Below, in pieces: positions 1-9,527 of a stretch of DNA of 64,000 nt. This DNA is from Terriglobia bacterium (GTDB lineage Bacteria > Acidobacteriota > Terriglobia > 20CM-2-55-15), in NCBI GenBank assembly GCA_963664115.2, contig CAXWPJ010000002.1, positions 576,001 through 640,000 of the forward strand, written 5' to 3'. The notes beneath the pieces are model-generated. The model was not told the DNA's origin, did no database searches, and was given only the letters and a program-made list of their open reading frames with translations. Both the position numbers and the translations under genes were made by a program. Positions within the stretch are counted from its first letter, which is position 1, and each line of letters begins with the position of its first letter.

Positions 1-1586
1 ATTTCATCCAGCCGCGGGATCCACAGACGGGGGTGGCGCCGTCTCAGGATGGCACGATGGTAGTCCGGCGCTACGGGGTCAACGTCCTCGTCGACCACAC
101 GGATACCGAAGGCGCTCCTGTGGTTTACGAGGATCATCCCGTCCATGAGAACCTCGTGGGACGGATCGAACACGAGTCGCAGATGGGCACGCTGGTGACC
201 GACTTCAACCTCATCAAACCCGGCGCCATCCACCGGGCCAATGGCGGTTTCCTGATCATGGATGCCCGTCGCGTGCTGATGCAGCCCTATGCCTGGGAAG
301 GCCTGAAGCGAACCCTGAAGTCCAGGCAAATTCGCATCGAATCCCCGGGACAGGCACTGGGTATGGTCAGTACGGTGTCGCTGGAGCCTGAACCGGCGCC
401 TCTGGACATCAAAGTTGTGCTGATCGGCGATCGCACGCTGTATTACCTGTTATGTCAACACGATCCGGATTTTGGAGGTCTCTTCAAAGTCGCAGCCGAC
501 TTCGACGATCGACTCGACCGCAGTGAGGAAAACGAAAATTTGTATGCGCGTCTCATCGCGGGCCTGATCCGGAAGGATGCGTTGCGGCCCTTCGAGAGCG
601 GGGCCGTAGCGCGTGCGATCGAGCACAGTGCACGTTTGGTGGGAGATTCCGAACGCCTCAGCGGACACATCGGAACTCTCGGAGATCTGCTACGGGAATG
701 TGACTACTGGGCCAAGATTTCCGGCAAAGACACCGTCTCGGACGTAGAAGTCGACAAGGCGATCGACGCACAGGTGCGACGCGTCGACCGGATTCGGGAG
801 CGGCTACAGGAAGAAGTCCTCAGAGAAACCGTTTCCATCGACACGGCCGGAACCCATGTGGGGCAGGTCAATGGGCTGGCAGTACTCCAAATGGGAGACT
901 TCGCTTTTGGTAAAGCCAGTCGAATTACCGCGCGAATCCGCCTGGGAAAGGGAGAGGTTCTTGACATCGAACGGGAGGTCGAACTCAGCGGGCCAATCCA
1001 TTCCAAAGGCGTACTGATCCTGTCGGGCTACCTCGGTGCCCGCTACGCGGCCGAGCGGCCCTTGTCGCTTTCAGCGACACTGGTCTTCGAACAGTCCTAC
1101 AGCGGTGTCGACGGAGACAGCGCCTCTTCAACTGAACTCTATGCCCTGCTCTCTGCGATCTCCGGCGTTGAGATCAAACAGTCTCTGGCTGTTACCGGAT
1201 CCGTCAACCAGTATGGCCAGGTTCAAGCGATCGGTGGGGCCAACCATAAGATCGAAGGTTTTTTCGATTTGTGTCAAGCCCGCGGTTTGACCGGAGACCA
1301 GGGCGTTTTGATTCCTCGATCGAACGTCAAACATCTCATGTTACGACGGGATGTCGTCGAGGCAGTCGCGGCCGGACAATTTCATATTTACCCCGTCGAA
1401 ACGATCGACGAAGGAATCGAATTACTGACCGAAGTCGAAGCCGGTACGGCTGATGAGGCGGGGAAGTTCTCCCCTGAGAGTATTAACGGCCGAGTCGAGC
1501 GGCGTTTGAAGGAACTATCCGAGGTTCAGATCGCGTTCAACAAGTCCCAAGGAGAACCCGATTCTCAAACGAAAGACGGCCGATGA
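1..1586 (+). CDS. Lon-like ATP-dependent protease (LonB/LonC-type AAA + S16 protease domain), 5'-truncated by window edge
   Basis: GAIHRANGGFLIMD, GQVNGL, GPIHSKG, DGDSAS (catalytic Ser) and KIEGF (catalytic Lys) motifs; frame is open upstream of the called GTG at 33 to the window edge. Confidence 0.9.
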   Translation, partial: FIQPRDPQTGVAPSQDGTMVVRRYGVNVLVDHTDTEGAPVVYEDHPVHENLVGRIEHESQMGTLVTDFNLIKPGAIHRANGGFLIMDARRVLMQPYAWEGLKRTLKSRQIRIESPGQALGMVSTVSLEPEPAPLDIKVVLIGDRTLYYLLCQHDPDFGGLFKVAADFDDRLDRSEENENLYARLIAGLIRKDALRPFESGAVARAIEHSARLVGDSERLSGHIGTLGDLLRECDYWAKISGKDTVSDVEVDKAIDAQVRRVDRIRERLQEEVLRETVSIDTAGTHVGQVNGLAVLQMGDFAFGKASRITARIRLGKGEVLDIEREVELSGPIHSKGVLILSGYLGARYAAERPLSLSATLVFEQSYSGVDGDSASSTELYALLSAISGVEIKQSLAVTGSVNQYGQVQAIGGANHKIEGFFDLCQARGLTGDQGVLIPRSNVKHLMLRRDVVEAVAAGQFHIYPVETIDEGIELLTEVEAGTADEAGKFSPESINGRVERRLKELSEVQIAFNKSQGEPDSQTKDGR

Positions 1587-2443
1587 CGGGGGGGAGCAGG
1601 CCGGGTGGGGAGGAGGGCCGGGTGGGCCGCATTCTCGTCGCGCTGGACGCGTCACCAGCCAGCCTGGCAGCCCTGGAAGTGGCAGCACGACTGGGTGCGG
1701 CATTGAAGGGCGAACTGTATGGAATTTACGTGGAAGAGGAAACCTTGCTCCGCGGGGCCGAGTTGCCCATCACGAGCGCGGTCGGATCCTTTTCAGGCGC
1801 AATTCGCCAGGTCGAACGGCCGGAGCTCGAAAGGCACATGAGGACACAGGCAGCAAAAGCCAAACATGCCCTGGAATCCATTGCCGTCCAGGCGCAACTG
1901 CCCTGGTCCTTTCGCGTCGCCCGAGGTGCGGTCGCTGAAGAGCTTCTCCGGGCAGCCGATGATGCGGACTTGATCAGCCTGGGACGCTGCGGTTGGTCCT
2001 TGATCGAGTCCCACCGCATTGGAACGACAACCCAAACGATCCTTGCACGAACAGATACCCCAGTCCTCTTGCTCCGTCGCAGGCTTCGCATGGGACAATC
2101 CGTGGTCACGGTTTACGACGGCAGCGAAGCGGCCCGAGCCGCGCTTAGACTGGCCACTGCAATTGCCTACGACGTAGTCACCCCCCTGGTGATCGTCTTT
2201 CCGACCACCGGCAATCCCGCCGACGAGCTCAGGCTGAGCGTCCAAAGTGAGTTTGAAGTGCTGGGCGTCAATCGCAGTGTTCGGTACCGAACAGTAGTCC
2301 ATAGGGATGCTGCTCTGTTGGAAGCCGTGACTCAGGGGGAAGACGCGGGAATTCTGATACTTCCAACGGGTGACGTCTTCGATAAAGGCTTTAACGAACT
2401 CCTCACTCACCTTGAATGCCCCCTACTGGTCGTCAGACGATAG
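1583..2443 (+). CDS. Universal stress protein (tandem UspA-like domains)
   Basis: RILVALDAS...ALEVAARL, DADLISLGR, TDTPVLLL, second domain VVTVYDGSEAA...ECPLLVVR; ATGA overlap with the Lon stop. Confidence 0.8.
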   Translation: MTGGSRPGGEEGRVGRILVALDASPASLAALEVAARLGAALKGELYGIYVEEETLLRGAELPITSAVGSFSGAIRQVERPELERHMRTQAAKAKHALESIAVQAQLPWSFRVARGAVAEELLRAADDADLISLGRCGWSLIESHRIGTTTQTILARTDTPVLLLRRRLRMGQSVVTVYDGSEAARAALRLATAIAYDVVTPLVIVFPTTGNPADELRLSVQSEFEVLGVNRSVRYRTVVHRDAALLEAVTQGEDAGILILPTGDVFDKGFNELLTHLECPLLVVRR

Positions 2444-2549
2444 TTCCTCTGTAAATAGTCGATGTATCTGCTTTTTAACCCTACAGGTCCGTTATTCGGA
2501 ACCCGATAAGTGAGATTGAGAAGTACAAAAAGACAGGGGAACCGTAACA

Positions 2550-4187
2550 ATGGCGCACGACCTGGGATCAGATTCCCATGACCCACAACCTGAGGAATAC
2601 TCTGAGTTCCGTGACATTACCGACGCCAATCCCGACGGTGTAGTCATCGTCAACAGCGCAGGCCAGATTCTTTTCGCGAATCCATCAGCCGCACAGCTCT
2701 TTGGCCGGTCGGCCCAAGAATTGAAAGGAACGGTATTCGGCTATCCCGTCATGGCGGCGGATCGCACGGAGCTGACAATAGCCACGCGGCAGGTTGAGAT
2801 GCGCGTCGCACGGGCCACGTGGGACGGAGAATCCGCTTTCCTTGCCTCGCTCCGGGATGTCACAAAACGGGCGCAGGCCGAAGCAAGCATGATGAGCCTG
2901 AGCACGGCACTCGAAGAAGCCAATCAGCAACTGCAGAAACTGTCAACAATTGATCCGCTAACGGAAACTCTGAATCGACGCGGGATCGAAAACGCGCTGT
3001 GGAACGAACTGGAAAGGGACCGGCGATCGGGATCGAATCTGGTTGCGGTCCTGCTTTCATGTGACGACCTCAAGAGCATCATCGAAAAGCTGGGCCATGC
3101 GGTCGGCGACGTCCTGCTCAAGACGATCGCGGAACGTCTAAAAACGGCCCTGCGCCCTTCAGACCAGATTGCAAGAATTTCCAGAGATAAGTTTCTAGTG
3201 TTGCTACCCGACACGCGGACTGCAGAAGGCCGTCAAGTTTCCGAAAAACTGCGTCACGCGGTATGGGCCTCTCCACTGGCCCTGTCGCCACATCCCTTGA
3301 GCGTGTACATGGGCGTCGCCGTCGTGCAGGCACCGAAAGAAACGTGTTCGATCGAAGAAATTCTCGAACTTGCCCACAGCGCACTCAAGACCGATTCTCA
3401 GCCTGAAGAAGCGGCCGCCCCCCGAACGGCGATCTCCACTACTGTCACGTCCCAGGTACCGAGCGTGTCTGACCTCACGACTGCGATAGAAAATGGCAGC
3501 TTTCACGCTGTGTCCCAGCCAATAATGGAGCTGGCTGGAGAGGAAGTCGTGGGCCACGAACTCCTGAGCCGCGGCCCGATAGGAGCCCTGGAGATGCCAG
3601 TCGACTTCTTCAGGCTCGCGCTGGAATCCAATATGCTGGCATCGGTCGACCTCTCATGCCTCAAGGCCTGCGTTGCCGTCAGCAAGCGCCTGATGCCCAG
3701 AGGCAAGTTGCATCTGAATCTATTTCCCTCAACCATCCTGGGAACTCCAAGCGAACGCTTGATGGATCTCCTCGCCGACACCGATGAAGCGGTGACTTTC
3801 TGCATCGAAATCAGCGAGCAACAGTTCATTGGGGATCCCGCATGCCTCCGTGAACACGTCGCTGCATTCAAGGCAAAAGGCATCGAGGTCTCCATCGACG
3901 ACGTAGGATTCGGCCGCAGCTGCCTGGAAACCCTGATCATGCTGGAGCCTGACGTCGTGAAAATCGACCGAGCCTACGTCGACGGCGCCTCGAAGGATCC
4001 AAACAAGAGACGGCTGCTCTCTCGGCTGGTCAAGGTATCCAAAGCACTGGGAGCGGAAATCGTTGCCGAAGGCATCGAATCCCGTGACGATCTTGAACTG
4101 CTCCGGGATTATGGAGTTCGTTACGGCCAGGGGTGGTTGTGGGGAAAGCCGGACTGTTCCTACATCGAATACCCGATAGCATCTTGA
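2550..4187 (+). CDS. PAS-GGDEF(degenerate)-EAL protein, probable c-di-GMP phosphodiesterase
   Basis: N-terminal PAS (DANPDGVVIVN..GQILFAN), DPLT..LNRR, GGDEF position reads SRDKF; EAL domain with ELL, EISE, DDVGFG, KID, EGIE, QGW. Confidence 0.9.
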   Translation: MAHDLGSDSHDPQPEEYSEFRDITDANPDGVVIVNSAGQILFANPSAAQLFGRSAQELKGTVFGYPVMAADRTELTIATRQVEMRVARATWDGESAFLASLRDVTKRAQAEASMMSLSTALEEANQQLQKLSTIDPLTETLNRRGIENALWNELERDRRSGSNLVAVLLSCDDLKSIIEKLGHAVGDVLLKTIAERLKTALRPSDQIARISRDKFLVLLPDTRTAEGRQVSEKLRHAVWASPLALSPHPLSVYMGVAVVQAPKETCSIEEILELAHSALKTDSQPEEAAAPRTAISTTVTSQVPSVSDLTTAIENGSFHAVSQPIMELAGEEVVGHELLSRGPIGALEMPVDFFRLALESNMLASVDLSCLKACVAVSKRLMPRGKLHLNLFPSTILGTPSERLMDLLADTDEAVTFCIEISEQQFIGDPACLREHVAAFKAKGIEVSIDDVGFGRSCLETLIMLEPDVVKIDRAYVDGASKDPNKRRLLSRLVKVSKALGAEIVAEGIESRDDLELLRDYGVRYGQGWLWGKPDCSYIEYPIAS

Positions 4188-4191
4188 TAGA

Positions 4192-4278
4192 AAATGGGGT
4201 CAGAGCCCTAATTCCCCAATTTACCTCTACAGTTATTAGAGTTCTAAAAATTGGGGAATTAGGGCTCTGACCCCATTT
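4192..4278. repeat. Perfect 31-bp inverted repeat with 25-bp spacer (REP/MITE-like; possible bidirectional terminator)
   Basis: AAATGGGGTCAGAGCCCTAATTCCCCAATTT (4192-4222) and its exact reverse complement (4248-4278), between convergent genes. Confidence 0.9.
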
Positions 4279-4304
4279 CTACATCCCGCCTGGTCAAGAA
4301 GAAG

Positions 4305-5147
4305 CTAGAAGAGAGCTGTCGAACGTCGTTTCCAATCTTTACCTTTGTCGGATGCGATTCCCTCCATGGCCTCAACGTGGCTGCCACTCTGCGTGAGGAC
4401 ATGATGCAAATCGTTGCCTATGCTGATGAACGTGAAGTCTTTCTCCAGGAATTCGCCTACACGATCGGTTCCGAACAGGAACAACCCTAGAATAACGTTG
4501 TTCTTTTGAGCCGCTGCTCGCAGCTTGTCGGTGGCTTCCTGGAGTTCGTCCGAAGTGTACATCAGGGGAAATTCGTACTTCTCGTAGAGCCCCATAGACA
4601 TACACAGGTCATTCTGCCCGAGGAACAGAATGTCCACTCCAGGTACTGCGGCGATCTCGTCCATGTTCTTGATACAGTCTGCCGTTTCGACCTGCAGAGC
4701 GACGATAACGTTGTCGTTGGCCGCACCCGCATATCCCAACAAGCCCTCTTTGTTCATACTTCTCTGTGGGAAGTAAACAGATCGGGTTCCGGCCGTCGGA
4801 TACCGGCAGCAACTGACGGCCTGGCGGGCCTCGTCCGCGGTGTTGATATACGGCACCAGAACTCCGGTAGCCCCGTCATCGAGCGACTGCTGAATTCCTG
4901 CGCGATCGCTGTAGCCAGTTACTCGGACCAAGGAAATCGCCCCACCACTGGATACGCCCCCAATCATCGTCGCGAGGGTTTCATATCCCATCGGGCCGTG
5001 CTGGTTATCCACAAGGAGCCAGTCGTAGCCGCTGTAGGCCAGTTGCTCCGCGACAGTAGGACTGTGTGCGTTCAGGAACAGGCCCATCTTGGGACTGCCC
5101 CCCCGCAACTGCTTCTTGAAATCGGCGCCGGTCAGCATTTCACTCAT
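4305..5147 (-). CDS. HpcH/HpaI family aldolase
   Basis: GYDWLLVDNQHG, LDDGATGVLVP, RYPTAGTRS, QVET, GVDILFLGQNDL motifs; SD AAGGGAG upstream. Confidence 0.9.
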   Translation of the reverse strand: MSEMLTGADFKKQLRGGSPKMGLFLNAHSPTVAEQLAYSGYDWLLVDNQHGPMGYETLATMIGGVSSGGAISLVRVTGYSDRAGIQQSLDDGATGVLVPYINTADEARQAVSCCRYPTAGTRSVYFPQRSMNKEGLLGYAGAANDNVIVALQVETADCIKNMDEIAAVPGVDILFLGQNDLCMSMGLYEKYEFPLMYTSDELQEATDKLRAAAQKNNVILGLFLFGTDRVGEFLEKDFTFISIGNDLHHVLTQSGSHVEAMEGIASDKGKDWKRRSTALF

Positions 5148-5457
5148 TAGCTAGTCTCCCTTCATATGTAATCTCTCTCGAATTACCTGCGGTGCTGGCC
5201 GCATATATTAGTACGCCTGAGAGCATCAGTCCACGAACAGCGGATACATACTCAAAATTTAGCAGGTTTCCCCCGCACCGATCCGACGGAGGAGAGGGCT
5301 TGCAAAATATCGAAGCGAGCCCATGCGTCCGAAGAAGATGATTGGATCAAGAAAATCACCTGCATTTTAATTCCGATTAACCGACAGGTATTCCATCGAG
5401 AAGGGTTCCCGAGCTACAATGGGGAGTTGGTCTGGTCCCTGTGGGCTTGTCTTTCAT

Positions 5458-7095
5458 ATGCAGCTTTCAGTAAATAACGTGACGATGCGCTACGGCGCCC
5501 GCTTCCTGTTTGAAGAAGTCAATGCCAACTTTATTTCCGGAAGGCGTTACGCGATTACCGGGCCGAACGGCGCAGGCAAGTCCACGCTGATGAAGATTCT
5601 GACCGGTGAGATCGATTCTTCGAAGGGATCGGTGACGCGGCCCAAGAAAATGGGAGTCCTCTCCCAGGATCATTTTGCCTTTGACGCGCATCGTGTGATG
5701 GATGCGGTGATCATGGGAAATCCCGGATTGTGGGAAGCCCTTAGAGAGCGCGCCGCTCTGTACGCCAAAGATCCCAGCACTCTGACCGACGATGATGGAA
5801 TGCGCATTGGCGAACTTGAAGGCATCGTCGGCGACGAAGGCGGCTACACCGCGGATGTCGACGCCTCCATTTTGTTGAACGGCCTGGACATACCTGACAA
5901 CTTTCACGACCGCAAGATGAGCGAGCTGCAGGGCGGCCGGAAAGTCCGAGTCCTGCTCGCGCAGGCCCTGTTCGGCAGTCCGGAAGTGTTGCTGTTGGAC
6001 GAGCCCACCAACAACCTCGACCTCGATTCGATTCACTGGTTGCAAAACTATCTTCGCGCGTATGCCGGATGCCTGATCGTAATTTCGCACGATCGTCATT
6101 TTCTCAACGACGTCTGCACACATGTTGCAGACATCGACTACCAGACAGTGATTACCTACACCGGTGGCTACGACGACATGGTGCTGGCGAAAACACAGGT
6201 GCGCGCCCGGATCGAATCCGGCAATGCTCAGCGTGAAAAAAAGATTGCGCAGTTGCGGGAATTTATTTCCCGCTTCGCGGCCGGCACCCGTTCATCGCAG
6301 GTGCAGTCCCGGAAGAAAGAAGTGGAACGGCTTCAGACCTCTGTCCTCGCGAAGTCCAATATTCAACGCCCGTTCATTCGATTCGACGTCGTGCGGCCCT
6401 CAGGAAGACATCCGCTGGAAATCGAGGGACTCACGAAATCCTATGGCGGCGCGGCCGGCAAATTGGATGTGTTCGGGGATTTCCTTGCCTCGGTGAGCCG
6501 CGGCGAAAAGATCGCCATAATCGGAAGAAACGGCGTCGGGAAGACCACGCTTTTAAAATCGCTGATTCGGAACGCCACCGGTTTTATTGATGCCCCCGAT
6601 CAGGCGTTCCCCCTCGATTCCGGAGAGGTGAACTGGGGACATGAAGTCAGTGTCGGGTACTTTGCGCAGGATCACCGGGACTCTATTCCAAACGGCGTCA
6701 GCGTTATCGAATGGCTGCACAGCTTCGATCCCAGCGCTTCCCAAGAAGAGCTGCGTGGCCTACTCGGCCAGATGCTCTTCAGCGGCGACGATGCGCTCAA
6801 GAAGACGGATGCCCTTTCCGGAGGCGAAGCGGCGCGGATCATTTTCTGCCGCCTGATGCTGCAGAAGCCCAACTTCCTGATTCTGGACGAGCCAACCAAC
6901 CACCTGGATCTGGAAGCCATCAATGCCCTCAACTTCGCGCTGCAGCGCTACCCGGGTACTCTGTTGCTCGTGACTCACGATCATGACGTGATCGACGAAG
7001 TCGCTACCCGCATCTGGAACTTCGACCATGGACGGATCGAGGATTTCAAAGGGACCTACGGGCAGTTCCTCTCCGAGTCTGCACAACTGGTATAA
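5458..7095 (+). CDS. ABC-F family ATP-binding protein (YbiT-like)
   Basis: Two ABC cassettes (GPNGAGKST, LQGG, LLLDEPTNNLD; GRNGVGKTT, LSGGE, LILDEPTNHLD), no transmembrane segments; ATG 5458 preferred over 5419. Confidence 0.9.
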   Translation: MQLSVNNVTMRYGARFLFEEVNANFISGRRYAITGPNGAGKSTLMKILTGEIDSSKGSVTRPKKMGVLSQDHFAFDAHRVMDAVIMGNPGLWEALRERAALYAKDPSTLTDDDGMRIGELEGIVGDEGGYTADVDASILLNGLDIPDNFHDRKMSELQGGRKVRVLLAQALFGSPEVLLLDEPTNNLDLDSIHWLQNYLRAYAGCLIVISHDRHFLNDVCTHVADIDYQTVITYTGGYDDMVLAKTQVRARIESGNAQREKKIAQLREFISRFAAGTRSSQVQSRKKEVERLQTSVLAKSNIQRPFIRFDVVRPSGRHPLEIEGLTKSYGGAAGKLDVFGDFLASVSRGEKIAIIGRNGVGKTTLLKSLIRNATGFIDAPDQAFPLDSGEVNWGHEVSVGYFAQDHRDSIPNGVSVIEWLHSFDPSASQEELRGLLGQMLFSGDDALKKTDALSGGEAARIIFCRLMLQKPNFLILDEPTNHLDLEAINALNFALQRYPGTLLLVTHDHDVIDEVATRIWNFDHGRIEDFKGTYGQFLSESAQLV

Positions 7096-7251
7096 GCGCA
7101 CCCGCATCCGTGCTTCGTCTGGGTCCACTGAACATTTCGCTTCCCGGGATCGGGGCCGCAGTTGAAGCCCTGGGAATCGCCGCAGGACTGAGTCGCCACT
7201 GGAGCCGAACAGCACCCACGCCTTCAGTTCGAGTTACCATTGGAAAACACG

Positions 7252-8787
7252 ATGACTAACGAAGACACGCAGGCCACCTGGGAGTATCACGACGCAACAA
7301 AGCACTCGCACTTGAGCGTCCGGACAAACGCGCATTGGTTGGATTGGTCGAATCATCCGAATCCGTTCAAGATCTATCCCAAGCTCGAACCAATCCGGCT
7401 GGATCCCGTGGTTGCCAGGAACGAGGTTCCTGCGCTTGCAGTGGTCGCGGAAACCGGGGCCAGTCTGGAGATCGATAATTCGCCAGATCTGAAGAGCCTG
7501 AGCCAGCTACTGTACTTTTCAGCCGGCGTCGTCAAGAAAGTCGATTACGCTAGCGCCACACAGTACTTTCGGGCCGCATCCTGCACGGGTGCTCTTTACG
7601 AAATAGAATTGTACATCGTCTGCGGCACTCTCCCGGGACTCAGCGCGGGCGTGTACCAGTTCGGTCCGGGCGACTTCAGCCTGCGACGACTGCGCGAAGG
7701 AGATTTTCGAGGCGTACTGCTCCGTGCAACAGCAAACAATCCAGCTGTGGCTCGGGCACCCGCAACCATTATCTGCACAGGCACCTACTGGCGGAACGCA
7801 TGGAAGTATCAGGCCCGGGCCTACCGCCACTTCGGTTGGGACAACGGAACGATTCTTGCGAACATGCTGGCAATCGCCGCATCTCTCCGTCTCCCGGCAC
7901 AGGTAACATGCGGATTCGTGGACAGGCAGATAAATCAATTGCTGGATTTGGACACTGAACGCGAAGTAGCGTTCTCGATGATTCCCCTGGGAAGTTCTTC
8001 CGACCCTCCCCCGCCTCCCCCGGAGGACGTCCGACGGCTGAACCTTGAGACCGTGCCTGTTTCAGAAAGCGAGACCCATTACCCTGAAATGAGTCTGATG
8101 CATGAGGCATCGTCGCTCCAGAACGTAGACGAAGTTGTGGCATGGCGCGAGGGCATGCCAATCGCCCGGACATCGCCATCTCCCAACCAAGTGATCTCCC
8201 TGAGTCCACTGCCGGACGATGAAATTTCGAACGAGGGCATCGAGAGCGTAATCCTCAGACGCGGGTCCACGCGGCAGTTCGCGCGAGTACCATTGACGCT
8301 TGAACAGCTCTCGACGATGCTCGACCGGTCGATGCGCGGCATTCCCGCGGATTTCCTGGATCCTCTCGGCTCGCAACTCAATAGCGTTTACCTCATCGTA
8401 AATGCTGTGGACGGAATCGAGCCCGGTTCCTACGTCTACCACCGCGGAGACAAAGAACTGGAACGTTTGAAGCAGGGCGAGTTCCGCGGTGTGGCGGCGC
8501 ACCGGGGTCTGGACCAACAGCTTCCTGGCGACGCCAGTGTCGCGGTCTTCTTACTGGCTGAAATTAAACCAATTCTGGAAAGATTCGGGAACCGGGGTTA
8601 CCGCGCCGTTCAGCTCGAAGCAGGAATCATCTGCGGAAAACTCTATCTGGCCGCATACGCACAGCGGCTTGGTGCTACGGGCTTAACGTTCTATGACGAC
8701 GAGGTCATCGAGTTTTTCTCACCCCACGCGGCCGGTAAGAGCGCGATATTCCTAATGGCGCTCGGCAAGAGCGTCAAGCGTAAGTAG
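7252..8787 (+). CDS. SagB/ThcOx-like dehydrogenase (tandem nitroreductase-fold, FMN)
   Basis: YHDATKH...LDWSNHPNPFK, RAASCTGALYEIELY, WKYQARAYRH, second domain RRGSTRQF...GNRGYR...GATG; start uncertain (7240/7252). Confidence 0.85.
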   Translation: MTNEDTQATWEYHDATKHSHLSVRTNAHWLDWSNHPNPFKIYPKLEPIRLDPVVARNEVPALAVVAETGASLEIDNSPDLKSLSQLLYFSAGVVKKVDYASATQYFRAASCTGALYEIELYIVCGTLPGLSAGVYQFGPGDFSLRRLREGDFRGVLLRATANNPAVARAPATIICTGTYWRNAWKYQARAYRHFGWDNGTILANMLAIAASLRLPAQVTCGFVDRQINQLLDLDTEREVAFSMIPLGSSSDPPPPPPEDVRRLNLETVPVSESETHYPEMSLMHEASSLQNVDEVVAWREGMPIARTSPSPNQVISLSPLPDDEISNEGIESVILRRGSTRQFARVPLTLEQLSTMLDRSMRGIPADFLDPLGSQLNSVYLIVNAVDGIEPGSYVYHRGDKELERLKQGEFRGVAAHRGLDQQLPGDASVAVFLLAEIKPILERFGNRGYRAVQLEAGIICGKLYLAAYAQRLGATGLTFYDDEVIEFFSPHAAGKSAIFLMALGKSVKRK

Positions 8788-9155
8788 GTCTTCAAGGCTG
8801 AGGATTCTGGCGAAGGGTCCTCCACAGACAGGCCGCCAGGTCGGGTGGAGCAGGATTACTCTGTCAACTTTCGAACTATCGAGACATCTCCAACTGAAAC
8901 CGACCTGGGCTGACCGGAGGGCGGCACATCCAGTCATCACGAACAAAGAAACGAGAGATTAATGAAAGCGGCCAGCCAGAAACATCTATCCTTTGCCTTA
9001 TTCTTGCAGATACAATGGGGCTCACAAAACAAGTTGCTAATCCTGTTTAGGTACCCTTGTCTCTGTTCGGAAAGTAGTTCGATCTTGTTCGGCACCCTCC
9101 TTTCCCTCAAAGCTAGCGAAGTTCCTCTACATACAATCAATTTCAAGGAAATTAA

Positions 9156-9440
9156 ATGACTCAAAAAATGTACGTTGGTAATCTGTCGTTCCAATCGACA
9201 GAAGGCGATCTTGAGAGCCTGTTTGCGCAGGTCGGCGAGGTCGAATCAGTCCGCATTATTACAGACCGTGACACGGGCCGATCCCGGGGCTTCGGTTTTG
9301 TAGAAATGAGCGATGAGAATGCCGCAAAGGCTATTGAGCAGTTCAACGGAACCGAGTTGGACGGTCGCGAACTCACCGTTAATGAGGCAAGACCTCAGGT
9401 GCGGCGGGATGGCGGCGGAGGCGGAGGCGGCCGCTACTAG
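9156..9440 (+). CDS. RRM (RNP-1) RNA-binding protein with Gly-rich tail
   Basis: RNP-2 MYVGNL, RNP-1 RGFGFVEM, LTVNEARP, GGGGGGGRY tail; SD AAGGA. Confidence 0.95.
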   Translation: MTQKMYVGNLSFQSTEGDLESLFAQVGEVESVRIITDRDTGRSRGFGFVEMSDENAAKAIEQFNGTELDGRELTVNEARPQVRRDGGGGGGGRY

Positions 9441-9451
9441 AATATTCCAGA

Positions 9452-9484
9452 ACGACACGGCAGCGCTGCTGCCGTGTCGTTTCT
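9452..9484. terminator. Hairpin between convergent genes, probable terminator
   Basis: ACGACACGGCAGC-GCT-GCTGCCGTGTCGT 13-bp stem followed by TTCT. Confidence 0.6.
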
Positions 9485-9527
9485 CAACTCTCCGGCATCT
9501 CTCCCGTCAGAGTTCGCCTCTCGTCCC

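Noticed and set aside
7252-9440. RiPP (azole) biosynthetic cluster
   Set aside because: No YcaO, precursor peptide, protease or exporter nearby
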